Shown piece after piece: positions 30,501-44,299 of a DNA stretch of 64,000 nucleotides (the stretch's first letter is position 1; each line of letters begins with the position of its first letter). The notes beneath the pieces were generated by a model. That model was not told the origin of the DNA. It did no database searches and was given only the letters and a program-made list of their open reading frames with translations. The translations under genes were made by a program, and so were the position numbers. The DNA comes from Trichoplax sp. H2 (Eukaryota), in assembly GCA_003344405.1 (NCBI GenBank), contig NOWV01000010.1, forward strand, positions 806,001 through 870,000, in the 5' to 3' direction.

Positions 30501-31720
30501 TCCGTAGTAAAACTGCCAATCCTCAGTTGAACGATGACAATGTAGAGCAATTTTCCAGAAAGTTAAAAAATATGAATCAGTTATAGCAAGGTAATATTGC
30601 TTTAGTGCTTTGGATATAACTATTACCGATGGACACCCAAGTTTACTTCTTAATGTATTCTACCCTGGCAATAATTCCATTTTTGTGGCATTTTCTTTTT
30701 TCTACCTTTTCTCTCACTTACCCATGAGAGAAGATCGTAAACTACAGTATTGTAATATGGAAACTCTAGACTATAATTGCAAAGTCTATTGTTGGCTAAG
30801 GCGATGGCAGTTGAAAATAATATACCATCATTATCATGTAATAACATATGATGATGATGGCCATAATATCCAATTATAAAACCGATTCGAACTGATTGTT
30901 GTTCTAAACAGATCTGCATGTTTTGATCACTGGGTCATTGTTGGAGTATTTTTTTATTTTATTTTTTCATCCTTTGCCGACGTTATACGATCCAGTTGTC
31001 GGTCGATGAGAAAATTTTGCCGCCTATGCCATGAAATGGAGTTGGATATCGATTTAAAAATGGTCCATTGGGATCGTGGAACCAATTTTCTTTTTATGTC
31101 GGATATTGATAGACGCTATGCCATGTCCAGTAGTTGGACCCCCCTTGCACAGTTTCAACAACAGACTGAGAAGTGTTGTTAGAATGATGTAGTGATGATA
31201 AACGATGGATCGCTTGTTTCTAAGCAATAAGAATATTCTTCAGTAATTGTAACTATAATCGACAGCATTGTCTACTCGACTGAGATGCTTTGTAGAGGAG
31301 TGATGGAGAAAGTTAATGCACGCTTGCTTTTCCTTTTACTCTATACTGCTATCGGTCAACAATAGTAAATAGAATCTCTTGCCACAATCAACATTGCTAC
31401 TGTCTATTCAATAATTGTCCTAGTGGATTGCAATATGCCGACTACTATTATAGTCTTTTCTCCATTAGTCCTGGTGTCTGGTCTGGTCTTTTAATGAGGA
31501 GACTATACCTATCAAGTGGGACAAGCATATAGCAATACCGAGAAGGTGATAGCCAAGCATTTAGTAAAACTACGGGGGATAGGACTATAGCAGATTGATC
31601 ATAATTAATTAATTAATCAATCCAAATAGATTCTTTCTACAAGGCTTGATACTCTTAGAATTGAGTAGAAATCATTTTGAACGTTTTGGAACAATTTTAT
31701 ATCCCAAGTTGTTGATAGTG

Positions 31721-34700
31721 ATGGATGGAAAGAAAGCATTAATGCGTTTTACATTTCTTGCTGATGCAGATGAAGGATTTCGACCTCGATGCTCATCGGA
31801 GCCAGTGCCAAAAACTTACTCGACTCCGTTGTCAGCGTCGTTAAATTCCAATTATTTACGTCAAAATAGCACCGAATGTAATTCAAGTTCAACAGATAGT
31901 GAGCACGTTTTTGATATTTCAAGTAGCCACGAGAATAGCAACAGTCAACGTGTTAACGGTTTGGATTTATCGAGCACTGGCCGAACCGTGTACGCGGTTG
32001 CATCGCCATCAGTGGTACGCCGATCCAATCGTTTTATCACCGACGCTTTTACTAATTTTAGCAAATGGATTAAACCATGGAAATGGAAAGCCAGGAAAAC
32101 CAGTCAATTTCTACAAGAGAAATCCATTCGTAAGTTATTTTAATCCTAGTCGGTTGGATGACGATTTTATTCTTGAGCAAATTGGATTATTTTATTTTCA
32201 TTTCCAATCTTTTTTTTGGAACCTTTCCAATTATCTCTGAAAATGTTGACATAAAAAATGTTGTTGATCAAATTGAAACGGTCCTTTCTTGATTGAACTT
32301 CAGATTCTACCGTGTGGTATATCATATCATTTTTACTCTACTAGTTCAAATGAGTTAGTTGTTGACGATGATTCTATCCAATGATGGATTTTCCTTGAAG
32401 TCCATGAATTTGGGATACCTTAGTCAACTGTAACTACGATAGATTGCTATTTTTTTTCCCCTTTCAAATAAAATGGTCATCCCTTCATTCCTTCATATCA
32501 TTCGATATTGATCTACTGTGTCGACATAATCGACATGGAAATTATTATCAATACTTTTTGTTGATTCTTTCTTCAAATAACTAAGTTATCAAAAGGGTTT
32601 TGTTGTCTTTGGCCATTTTTCCTCTTTTTCTTTTTTTATTTTATTTTTGATACCATAGATTATTATTTGATATCATTTGAACTCATTTTTCACTGTTAAC
32701 TCGTGGCACATGTAATAGAAGTGATTAGGCCCTACCAAAATTAGCGTCTACGTTCGGAGTATCCTTACATTAGGCAAGTTATGACGTGGCATTTAAAAAA
32801 GCTCCAAGTTTATTTGTCAAGGAGGCAGTAATCGACAGCAATTATGACATGGATAATTCCAACTAATAATGCTCTCATTTACTGTAACAAAGTCAATCGA
32901 TTCTTCATTTTTACTTTTTATTGGCATCAATTTTTTCCTATTTTCAAAGACGAAGATGATTGAACGTTGAGTCTAGAGTAATTTCCTTCAATCCTAAGTG
33001 ATTGATTCTACTTGGCTTGCTATTAATTAATTAAGAGACAACCTTTGTAAGCTACATGGTGGATACTCTCCTTGAACTTACCATGACGAATGGTAGATCA
33101 TGATGGAAAATCGATCCATTTTATTCCTACTGAACAGTAAATACCTACTGCAGAATACAACGTAATGATGATGATGATGATGATGTAATTTATGATCATA
33201 ACATGAACAATTTAGCGTAAATGAGTCTATCGTGGAAGTCGATGAAGCTGAAAAAGAGTTGAAAAAAAAAATAAAAAATTGTTACAGTTTATTCTTGTTA
33301 GATTGAAAATGGAATAATCAATTAATGAGCTACTATGGATTGCGATTAGCTTGGAGCAACTTTTCTTTCTTGCCAAGTTGTAATTGTGCTCTGACTGTAT
33401 CCGTATAATATCGATTTATCATCGTACTTTTGTTTTGTAAGGTTAGTTGTTCATTATATGTTTTATTAATGTATCCAAGCTTATCATAATGATGTACTGT
33501 TGTACATGCCATTGAATAGTTTATTTGCGATAGCCATTTTCAAGATATTTTCTCCAATCTTACTGTTGACAAACATTTGATCAAGCTCAGTTTCAACGAT
33601 GGCGGTAGAGGAATATTAACTTAGGCTGAGTATTTGTTTCTATTGACGACGATATCTTTGGCGGTAATGATCGAAGTATCGGAAATGGACTCCCAGTTTA
33701 TTTTCCTTTCTATTGACGACGATATCTTTGGCTGTAATGATCAAAGTATCGGAATTGGACTCCCATTTTATATTCGAATTTATTGACGACGATATCTTTG
33801 GCTGTCATGATCAAAGTATCGGAAATGGACTCCCAGTTTATATTCGTTTTTATTGACGACGATATCTTTGGCTCGAACGATCAAACTATCGGCCGTATTA
33901 ATGTTGGCGTATGATATTTTCTACTTTACCTCTGTCCTCCTTTTGATTATTATTTTGTTATTGAAAACTCGTATCTGGCTTCAGTATACGCTTCTTATGT
34001 TGGATAGTGATATTATATTTTTGTCAATTTTTTACAGCAGAAAGCATGGCGTTTTATTGCCATGGTAATGTTAATGAATGTTACTGTGGGCTGGTGTAGG
34101 ATACATAAACATGCCGTGTTTTCAAAGGAGTAGAAATAAATACAAGCTGGGACAGACTGCATAACATGGAGTCTATTTCAGTTGGGTAGAAATGGATAGA
34201 TCCAGTGGCTAACATGTACACAGTAGATTATTCAGTCGGCTCGATATGGACACTTGGACAGTTGTAATCGTTGTGATCAAGTTTACTGGTTACCATTTCA
34301 TTTAGTCAAACGAAAGACGTATGGATCAAATGAAATAGGCGGTCAGTGCATTGAAAATCGATGGCTGACATAAATTAGCAAACTACCTCGCAAAGATACT
34401 CGTTTAGTTTACCATTAGTAGTGCTCTAAGTTAGACAGGATCGTAAAATGGATATTGATAGTGTACTATCTAGCGATTGCACCCGGCTATTTTAATTTTA
34501 CAACTATCCTCTCTCGATCCAGTCGGCTTGATCTGAAAACGTCGATTGCCATTGAAGTACCGTACTCGTACTAAGATTGAGGGATAAACTAGTGGAATAC
34601 CTCGTAGTTAATGTGAGAAAAGGATGGAAATTGTGGCTTGCATACGCTTAAGAAGATCGTCTATTGAGCTTAATTGAATCCTTTCTACAGTAGGCAGCTT

Positions 34701-37700
34701 TAGTCGACGTAGATACCAGAAGCAAGGGTTAGCAGTCAACGAGATAAATGGATCGCCGCCACTGACAGTAGGATAAGACTTATACCTATGCAATCAAATT
34801 CAATTTTACCTCTCCTGCTATACCCAGCCTAATTCAATCCTTGTTCTGAGCAGTATACAGCAGTTCCTTTTCCCTCTATTTGATCGTGATATCCAATATA
34901 CGGGTAAAAGTCTTACCTCGATGCTTTACAATGACACAATCTAGCAGTTTTACTTTTTATTCTCTTTTATTTATTCAAGTCTTTTGGGACAATTCATCCA
35001 AGTAAACATAAATAAATTGTAGTAGGTCTATGACGATCGAATTTCTCCTATAGAGTCCTATGGGGGTGGTGGTAGAACTTGATCTCTTTGGATAGAAGAA
35101 ATCAAGTTTGGTTATCAGATAAATAGATGATGAGATGATGAAGAATCTTTTGGAAAATTGGGCCGTTTCAACTGATCTACTGTCATGGCGAGGAACCGTG
35201 ATCATAAGAGTACTGTTGTTTGTCATGTATCTAATTTTAATCACTACTCCAAACTACTTTCGGGTTGGATCTTGTTGTGATGATAATCGCTTGGTAATGA
35301 ACGACATCATTAAGAGTAGAATCAGGGACTGAATAATACTGTATTCGGATATGGGATAAAGAATGAGACGGTGATGAAGAACCTTTTAAAAAATGGAGAA
35401 GTTTCAACTGATCCAGTGTTCTATCATCTGTCATGTATCACATTAATCACTATTCCATACTAATGTCTGGTTTGATCTTGTTGTGGTAATCATTACTCGT
35501 TAACAACATCATTTATTAAGGGTAGGACCAGGGACTGAATAATGTTCAAATATCAGATAGATAATGAGACGATGATGAAGAATCTTGAGGAATATTGGAC
35601 TATTCCAATAGATCTGTCATTTGTCATGTATCGCATTGATCACCACTACTCTCTGCTTTACTTTTGTTGTGATGATAATCAATCACTCGTTAGTTACATC
35701 CTAAGAGTACGGCCAGGAACTGAATAATTTCACGAATAATGTTGGGATATGGGGTAAATACTAGGAGGTTATAAAACGATGATGAAGAGACTCTTCCAAA
35801 ATTGCGCTGCTTCAATTGATTTAGTATTCTGCTATCTATTCTGCATCGCATTAATACTCTAGTTTGGTCTTATTAGGATGATAATTTGAAAACACAGGTT
35901 AACAATATCGTAAAGAGTAAGACTAGAGACTGAATAATGTTCGAATATTGGATATAGTATGAGGCAATGATGAAGAATCTTTTAAAAAATGGATGAGTTT
36001 CAACTGATTGAGTGTTCTTCCATCTATCACGTATATTACATTGATCATCATCGCTACTCCAGACTACTCTCTGATTTTGTCTTGTTGTGATGATAATTAA
36101 TCGCTCGTTAATGACATCACCAGAGTAAGAGCAGGAAGTAGGAAGAGGATTTTTCTTCCCTGGTAGGACTAGCCTACAACACATCGCAGAGTTTATCGGA
36201 TAATACTGCACAGTAAAAAGAAAAATGAAGAGTTGCTGTTGTCCATCACGATCTTTAAAGAGCTAGCCACTATTTTTGATTAGTATTGGATACATAGTCA
36301 AAGTCAAATGGAAGAACGACTATGTAAAATCGGACTACTTGTACTCCTGGCTACTTGAATAACTTAAACCTTTGAAAAACCATCACTTTGATACGTGCAT
36401 TGCCTATAATTTTCAATATAGTTTATACAGTAGGATTGTACTACTGCAAAAATGGGGCCACAAATCTGCACGGGTAGTATATCATGGATTACTAGAAAGA
36501 AAACCTAAACAAGCCACTCATATCTCATCTTTAAGCTATCAGTCTGATAGCAAAATTATCGAAAAATACAACTCTTCTATCTTTCGGTTGTTATAGAATT
36601 GTTTTATTTTCTGTAGCAAAATTTGTAATTTCAACTATAGATACTCTGCTCAGCTATAGCTGTGCCATAACTGTACTGAGATATTGTTGACAACGAGAGC
36701 ATATACGAATACGAGTTATAGGACCCTTCTATCTTCTACTTGTAAAATTATTTTCTCTGGCAAATCGGTAGTTTCAGTAGATATTCTGCTCAGCTACAGT
36801 TATACTGAGATATTTTGACAACTAGAGAATGGAAATACAATCTTTCTGTCTTTTATTTCTTAAATTTACAATTTCAATAGATATTCTGCTCAGCTATACA
36901 GTACATGTGCTGAGATATTTTTGACAACCAGAGAAACATTATCAAGCTATAACTTTAATCATGTTTTGACAACCAGAGGAAAAATATCAAGCTATAACTT
37001 TAATCGTGCAGTGCAGCCCCAAATAAGCTGAAGACTAAGTTTATATCGTCTACAGATAGTCCTTGGTCGTTGTAAAACGAACCTAATCGTATGTAATAAA
37101 GTGAAATTTACAAGAAACTGTAGTTCTGGTTATATTTTTGGAGAAGACACTTTATTATCAATCGTATCAAGGATTCCGTACTGACGCTGTAACTTTAAAA
37201 TTAGTCCATCAACGATCGATGATCATTATGAAATATCGCTAGTCTAGGTCACAAAAATCGAAGTTAATTAAAATAAAACGAGTATTTGGATATTTTAATT
37301 TGTGACCTTTTCATGCGTCATAAGCTATTTATAATGGTGTAGGTGAAAAAAAAAAATAGAGTAAAACTAGTTTTCACGTACGCAAGAGATTCCTAGTGGA
37401 AACAGTATAAAAAATAGACCTACGTAGGTAACATCAAATAAGCGCAGTTTCTGTAGTATCTGGTCCAAGTTTCCTGATATATCTACTCTCTTACCATGAG
37501 TCAAGACTACAGAAATAAAGTCGAAATGCAATGATTTTTTTACTCAATATAATAGGGCAGAACTAATCATGATATTGGTTGCGATGGAAATGAAAATCAG
37601 ATTGGTATACGCCTATTCACTCGCCTAATGATATTGCACAAGGGTTCCAATCTTATCCTATACAGTACAACAAGAAGATAAAATATGAATTCCTTACTGT

Positions 37701-40700
37701 GATATACGATAGTAATGATTGAAAGGAACTATTTAAAAAATTGATAAATTAAAATAGAGCTTCATAAAGAATCATCAATGTAAATAGGGACAAGTAAAAT
37801 GAAAATGTGTTTACTGAAATTTTCCGAATTTCAATAGAGTTAAGAAAATAAAATTATAGTGCTGTTGTTTCTATTCGTATAATAGCATGGGAACTTTTTC
37901 GAAGGGAAGAAAGGAGGCAAGAGTTTGCTACAGGGTATTAGTATGATCTTTGCATCTGTTTCTGCTGATCATTTTCTATTTTAGAGTAAAATTCGTATCT
38001 CCACGCTAAACTTACAGGGATGTTTGCTACGTCTGCGTATGTTTGAAGATCGCAGGCAAAATTTGTTGAACATTTATTTAACTGCTGTATTACATAGTTT
38101 ACTCTGTTACATATAATACTACTAGGAGACTAATACAAGTAGTCTAGGTACTAACTGACTGCTTTTATTGACTCCTATATTATTTACACACCATTTATGG
38201 ATAAAATTGGATCAGGTCATGGTGGATTAGGCAATTGTTACTCAATCATTTAAACCGCTTTTATTATACCCACTAATGATTGAAGAAGAATACCGCAGTT
38301 GTATACTATGATTTCATCGGATCATATCAGAATACGAGTGCGTCTGCAAACTACTATTCGTTGTAGCTACTGTCATTAATTTAATTTATCATGGGATATA
38401 TAGGCATTATTTTATCCAAGTTATAGCCTAAATAGAGTATCTTGAGCCGAGTCCAATCTAGTCATCTGATTATCCTGTATAGAGGATCGGTAATTTTTTT
38501 CGGCGGGGGGGGGCAGTTATTTATACTTGTTTAATTAATAATGAAAATAGCCTTTCATTGTCCTGACTACCGACTTTTAGTAGTGAATAATCGCTTTCCG
38601 CCCTTTTCTTCCTTTCCTTTTAGTAAGCCCTGTATATACATCATGATTTCATGGTATACCGTGAGCGTATATAATATTGTCAAAATACGAGCGCAACTAC
38701 AAACTGTTATTCGATATGGTTATTAAGTTGATCACGGGATACAAGCACTATTTTACCCAAGTAATAGCCCTAGTAGAGTATCTCGAGCTGAGACTAACCT
38801 AGTTATAGGGATAAATTATACGAGTATAGTGGATTAGACAATTTTTAGGTAGTCATCTATACTCCTTTAATGGAAATAGCTTTTACTGAATCGATTCACG
38901 ATTCATGAAGAATAACGTAGTTATTCATGCTAGTAATTTATCATTTCATCATACTGTATAACATTGAAATTGGAGTGCAACTACAAACTGTTATTCGATG
39001 CGGTAGTTAACTTTATCACGGGATAAACATAGACTATTTTACCCAAGTATTGGCCTTAATACAGGATGTTGATTTACTGAAGTTACACGTATAGTAGATT
39101 CAGCAATTTCTAGGCAGTCATTGATACGCATACTTCTTGAATGAACATAGCCTTTTAGCGTGTGGACTAACATTCAAGAAGAATAATGTTGTTATATGTA
39201 CTAGTATAGTATGACTTCATCATACAATATCAAATACTGGGGTATAAACTGTTATTGGACATAATAATTTACCCAAGCAGCGACTACTAGTTATTTTCGA
39301 ACAGTCCTTAACCCAAGTAATGACTTCATCATACAATATCAAATACTTGGGTATAAACTGTTATTGGATGTAATGAAGTTTACTCGTATAATAATTTACC
39401 TAAGCAGCGATTACTAGTTGTCTTCGAACAGTCCTTGACCCAAGTAATGACTTCATCATACAATATCAAATACTGGGGTATAAACTGTTATTGGATATAA
39501 TGAAGTTTACTCATATAATAATTTACCCAAGCGGCGACTACTAGTTATCTTCGAACAGTCCTTAACCCAAGTAATGACCTTTATAGAATATCTTAAACCT
39601 AGTCTAACCTAACTCGACCCCAAGTCACCTTGCCTTTAAAAGTAAACAACAAGAGAAATGTCGTAATAATATCTCTTTGACAATCTAAAATTTAGATAAT
39701 GGTATTGTTATTAAATCAATGGCTATTTTCCTTTTGTCATTACTTTTGTTAATTGATAAGATCTTAACGGAATTCTATTGTCAATCATCAATTCAAGTAT
39801 TCAGCCAGACAATAATAGACTATGTGAAAATGTCAAAAGTCACAGCTAAACTTCAATACTTTCTATTATGGGCTATCTATGGCTGTATTTCTATTGTTAT
39901 TTTATCAAATGCTTGGTTTTCTTGCTGGTATACCGGATTTTTTTTATCTTTCTATATTGAATACGGGTAGAAAATTAATTATAACCAGCAAAATCATACG
40001 ATATGTTTATAAGTTAAGATTATAGACATGTATTGTGCTATGACATGTTGCTCGTAATACCTAGGATAAATAAATACTCCGAAACATGAATTGGATTTCA
40101 ATACTACCGCAGTGACTGTCACATTAAAAACTAAAGATTGAGATGTTGGATTTCTTGCTTAATTTTTACCTAGCAACAATTGCAAAGAGTTGACTGTGTA
40201 ATCAATGAACTTTTAGAAAGATATTTCTCTCCATTTCTAATAGTAATTCTTTCAATATGACAGATCTGGAACGTAAGCTATCGAATCGAGCATCGCGTGA
40301 TGTATTAATTAGGAGAGGCATACTAAAAACTGGTAAGAAATGCACCTATGCTTACGGACGATAGTGCTGATAGCGATAACCTACAATTTCTGATGCTGGC
40401 AACTTATTAGACTTTCATAGTGTGATAATTATTCTTTCTATCTTGATGATAACATCGGTAATTCTTGTAAGGCAGCTATTTGAATTATATTTTATAAAAG
40501 TAATCTCCGAGTTTTTAGTAATTTAGGATAGCTATAGTGTATACTCGTCAATTTGTAGTTTCAATCAATTTCATTTTTGTAAATTGCTACAATATGAGAT
40601 ATTACATAAGAGATAAAATGATCTAAAAATGAAGTTTAATTAATTCTGAGTAAGCTATATCTACTGTCTTGACATAGATATACTACAGATAACATGTACT

Positions 40701-43700
40701 TTGTTTATGAGTAGGAATTATACAATTCTCTCCAATCAAAATTCATTTTTAATAGGCGATGAGGAAACTATTTCACACTTTAAATATTTCATAGTAGTAG
40801 CATCTTGATTTCTCATCGTTTTAAACTATATTTCGTGTAGTATCTATATAGCTTATGCTATATCTTAGCCAATATCCTGCAATCTTGGGCTGATTACTTT
40901 TGTTCTTCTTTATCTCAAGTATTCGTTATAAGATCTCATCCCTAAAGCAGCCTCTATCTTTAGTATCAAAGCGACACAAATCATAAAATTATATTACTGT
41001 AGTATACTACGATATTATAAATGAACCTTTGATTAGGTCGCACTGATTAAATTTCACCAGGCTGTAGCGTTACACTCTTACCCGTACAGCATAGACTACT
41101 GTGCGATGTTTTGACTTTAACTCACTTTAAACCTGATTTTCAATTTATCTATCGTTACTTGTATTTGATAATCTGAAGGTATCTACAGTAACATAAGCAT
41201 TTTATCATTGTTTTCTGAAATAACCGTAGATATACCAAATATATTTTAGAATCTATATTCAAATTTTGTAAGTTGTCGCATAGCTTTTCGCTCTTCAAAT
41301 TCTACAGTATTTATTCTATCGCATGATTTATGTTTGCGTCATAATCTGTACCGATTCGTTATTTCTTTACTAAAAAATTGTATTTTGGTATCAGATATTT
41401 GTCTTCCACTTAATACATTCTCTATTTGTATTTTTACTATCGATCTTGGTTGCTGGGGCTATATCTACACCGAAAAATTTAAAAATGTAGCTTCAACTGA
41501 TTCGCCACAAATGAGTCAATCGAACAAGGGTAGAATTAGGCGACGTGAAAATGAAATTAGTAAAAACAATATTGATCAACCAAAACAAAAATTTATTTTT
41601 GTCGCATCTATCAACAATGCAGACAAGTTAGTTTAATGATATATTTATGATGTTATAACTTGTTAACTCAGCTACAATCTACTATAACATCATTGAGCGT
41701 ACATATGGTGCGTTTAAATACTATACTTATTTCCAAATTATATGCAAAGTACTTTGTCTATCATCGTTGTAACTATGCTATTCACTTTTATTACTATAAA
41801 CAAGAATAATGCCAGTATAACTTATATTAATGTCTTGATAATATTAATCTCTATTTTTCAATTGCTTAATATTTAATTATTCTATTTTCAAATAATTACT
41901 TTTTTATGGATTGTTACCAAACTTAATAGTATAAACAGCGATTCTGATCGGAGCTCATCGGATGAGAGTGGCTATGAAGATGAAGAAATGCTCGGTAATA
42001 TGATACAGTAATTAGTATAACTAGACAACATTCTCAAACTCTGACATTAGTAGGTAATAATTTACGTAATGTAGTGCAATATGAAAATACGATATACTTA
42101 TTTCTGTAACTAATTATTCTTGCTTGTGAAGATTAATTAATATCCTTCCTTATCGTATATCTATATTCGAATGCAATGCTGTATAACAGATATATTAGGG
42201 TACTAACAATTATAATAATAATGATAGGTTTATAGTATCCACTTATACGAGTACATAAAAATGATGCCATCAAACTATATCATTAATTTCGTATCCATAT
42301 AGTTGTTAAGAGCTGATATCTATTTAATCGTATAGATAGTATACTGTTCTCTAGTTGCATTACGTAGAGCGACCAACACATTCGATACAACTAGATTTAA
42401 TAGAGATAAAAAGAATACCATCAAGGTATTTAAAAAATGATTAGCAACTTCTCTAAAAGTATACTGTACCGTAGTATACTTTTAATATGTTAGGAGCAGT
42501 CCTCATACAGTTCAGTTATGCTAGCCAAATTTAAAACTTAATACTATATTCCTGTATTATAACGCGAATTTTTTTATTTATTACGTATAGTTTTGTAGCT
42601 GGTAAGCAATATATTTGTTAAAGATTATTTAATATATATATATATGTCCTATACCGTTATCATTTGTACGCTTACATCTACGTTAAATTACAATGACACC
42701 TTGACATTATGATGACATAGTTGCAGTAGCTGGATATGACCTGAAACAAAAGCGACAATCAATAGCTGAAGTTGGCACCGTCTTGACAAGGTAAATAACG
42801 TATTTATCAAGTAAAATTCAGTTTATAAATTTTCATTATGTATATATAAAAGAATTGCTTATAATACGATTAGCAAGAATGAATTGTTAGCACCTACATT
42901 TAGCAGTATTATTAACATGAAGTAATTATTTCTTTATTAGGAGACTTAGTTTACGTCCTAGTCGTGAAGAACTGGAAGACCGTCATATCTTATTAAGTAA
43001 GTTTATACTGTATAGCAACGAGAGATTATTCTACTGAAATATTACGTGGAGCTTGTAATTAATAATGATCATATAGTTAAATGAAAATATATAGATAGTT
43101 AACTGTATAATCGATTTTTCTGCAGATTGTTCTAGCAAAGAAAAGAAGCAAGAGATTGAAGAAACAAAGCAAGTATTAACGAGGAGGGTATGTAATTAAT
43201 ACTAAGAATAATTTAATTTATAGCGGGTTTAATAAACGTTTCTTTTTCATCAGTAACAAGATTTATTATTTTTCTAAGTAAACTTTCATAATTCATAGTT
43301 AAGCAATAGACCGTCTATAACGGAATTAAAAGCTCGAAAAATTATTCAATTCAGTGATTACGTCCATCTGCTAGATGTCGATGAATACGATCGGAGGTTA
43401 GATTGTAAAAATTAATTTCAACCTAATGCTATAACAAAAGCGTTACAACATAGTTCGGTATATAATTTTATTATGGTATTTTTTATGCTTGGCTTGATCA
43501 ACAAGTACTGTTTTATGAGCCCAATCTATCTTGTTGCAATAGTTTAACTTTCTTTGCTAATTACTACGTATAGACTTACTATACTAAAAATAGCAATTAC
43601 TGGAAAATTTTAATAATAGAGAGTATTAAAAGATACGTTTTAAGGATTAGTTCTGGCTAATCTCAACTTATTATTACTTAACTTAAAGATCTGATAAACC

Positions 43701-44299
43701 ATGGACAAGACTGACGTCAAAGCAAAAGGTATGTGATAAGATATATCATACTTGAATGTTTCATGTGCTCATAATATCGGTTGGTTGCACCCATGATAGG
43801 ATTTAATTGTATTATAAGCAATTTGTTCATTTTTTATCAGCGATATTAATGTGTTACTTAATTTAAAAATATAGGCTGCTATTAGAAAGGAGTTAAATGA
43901 GTATAAAAGTACTGAAATGCTTGTTCATGAGGACAGTCGCCACTTAACCAGGTAAGGTCTCCAAAGTGATATGGACAGAAAATACATGCTACACAATTGT
44001 TTTAATAATAAGCAATTTTTCCGTATTATTGTTTTTACGAAAATATTGATGTCGGCAGGATATTTTAGTGTTTACGTACGTAATCCAATGATTAATATGA
44101 GATGATGTGATAAATAAAGTTGATCACTTTATATTTCATATTCGGATTTGCCGACTGAGCTTAATGTGTAGATATATGCAGTATTTTACTTTATGTTATC
44201 GGAGAGCAATATCGACATGTCAATGATTTATAAAAATTTTAATAACGTATTGCTGTTTATATTTTGAATTACTCATTTCTTCACTCTAGATACCACTGA
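31721..44299 (+). CDS. PHACTR: Phosphatase and actin regulator (PHACTR/scapinin family; RPEL G-actin-binding repeats and C-terminal PP1-binding domain), ~383 aa model
   Basis: Exons: 31721-32129 (ends FSKWIKPWKWKARKTSQFLQEKSI, the family KPWKW motif), 40264-40332 (RPEL: LERKLSNRASRDVLIRRGIL), 41491-41626, 41939-41994 (acidic), 42368-42425, 42591-42601, 42721-42790 (EVGTVLTR), 42941-42996 (RLSLRPSREELEDRHIL), 43126-43187, 43299-43396 (LSNRPSITELKARKIIQFSDYV...EYDRR), 43689-43728 (SDKPWTRLT), 43875-43951 (AAIRKELNEYKSTEMLVHEDSRHLT), 44290-44299 (RYH*). Lengths sum to 1152 nt, in frame. Middle exons 41491-42601 and the start codon are less certain. Confidence 0.92.
33638..33893. repeat. 70-bp tandem repeat, ~3.6 copies (PHACTR intron 1)
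   Basis: tattgacgacgatatctttggc starts at 33641, 33711, 33781 and 33851. Confidence 0.93.
35113..36135. repeat. Diverged ~190-225-bp tandem repeat, ~5 copies (PHACTR intron 1)
   Basis: Ordered blocks gatgatgaagaatctt, tttcaactgat, tgtcatgtatc, cactactc, tcttgttgtgatgataat, aagagta and gactgaataat recur five times with variation. Confidence 0.85.
36600..37006. repeat. Compound tandem repeats (~100-140-bp unit x3, then ~45-bp unit x2)
   Basis: tagatayctgctcagcta-like block followed by tgagatatt..tgacaac occurs three times. ttttgacaaccagag...atcaagctataactttaatc occurs twice. Confidence 0.8.
38400..39610. repeat. Compound repeat: diverged ~290-340-bp units followed by near-identical 109-128-bp units
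   Basis: acccaagt-like/agagtatc and caactacaaactgttattcgat blocks recur near 38410, 38690-38790 and 38975-39060. atgacttcatcatacaatatcaaatact recurs at 39211, 39320 and 39448. Confidence 0.8.

Noticed and set aside
12472-30919. Short ORFs (60-106 aa) in the long intergenic region
   Set aside because: I/L/F/Y/N/K-rich composition typical of random AT-rich DNA, no recognisable motifs and no coherent exon chain.
33638-33893. Regular repeats that look superficially like a CRISPR array (also 7612-8296 and 54588-55151)
   Set aside because: Whole units repeat with no unique spacers, there are no cas genes, and the context is eukaryotic introns. These are minisatellites.
34975-36211. Cluster of similar short ORFs (MMKNL...)
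   Set aside because: They arise from the ~200-bp tandem repeat, and frames and stops are not conserved between copies.
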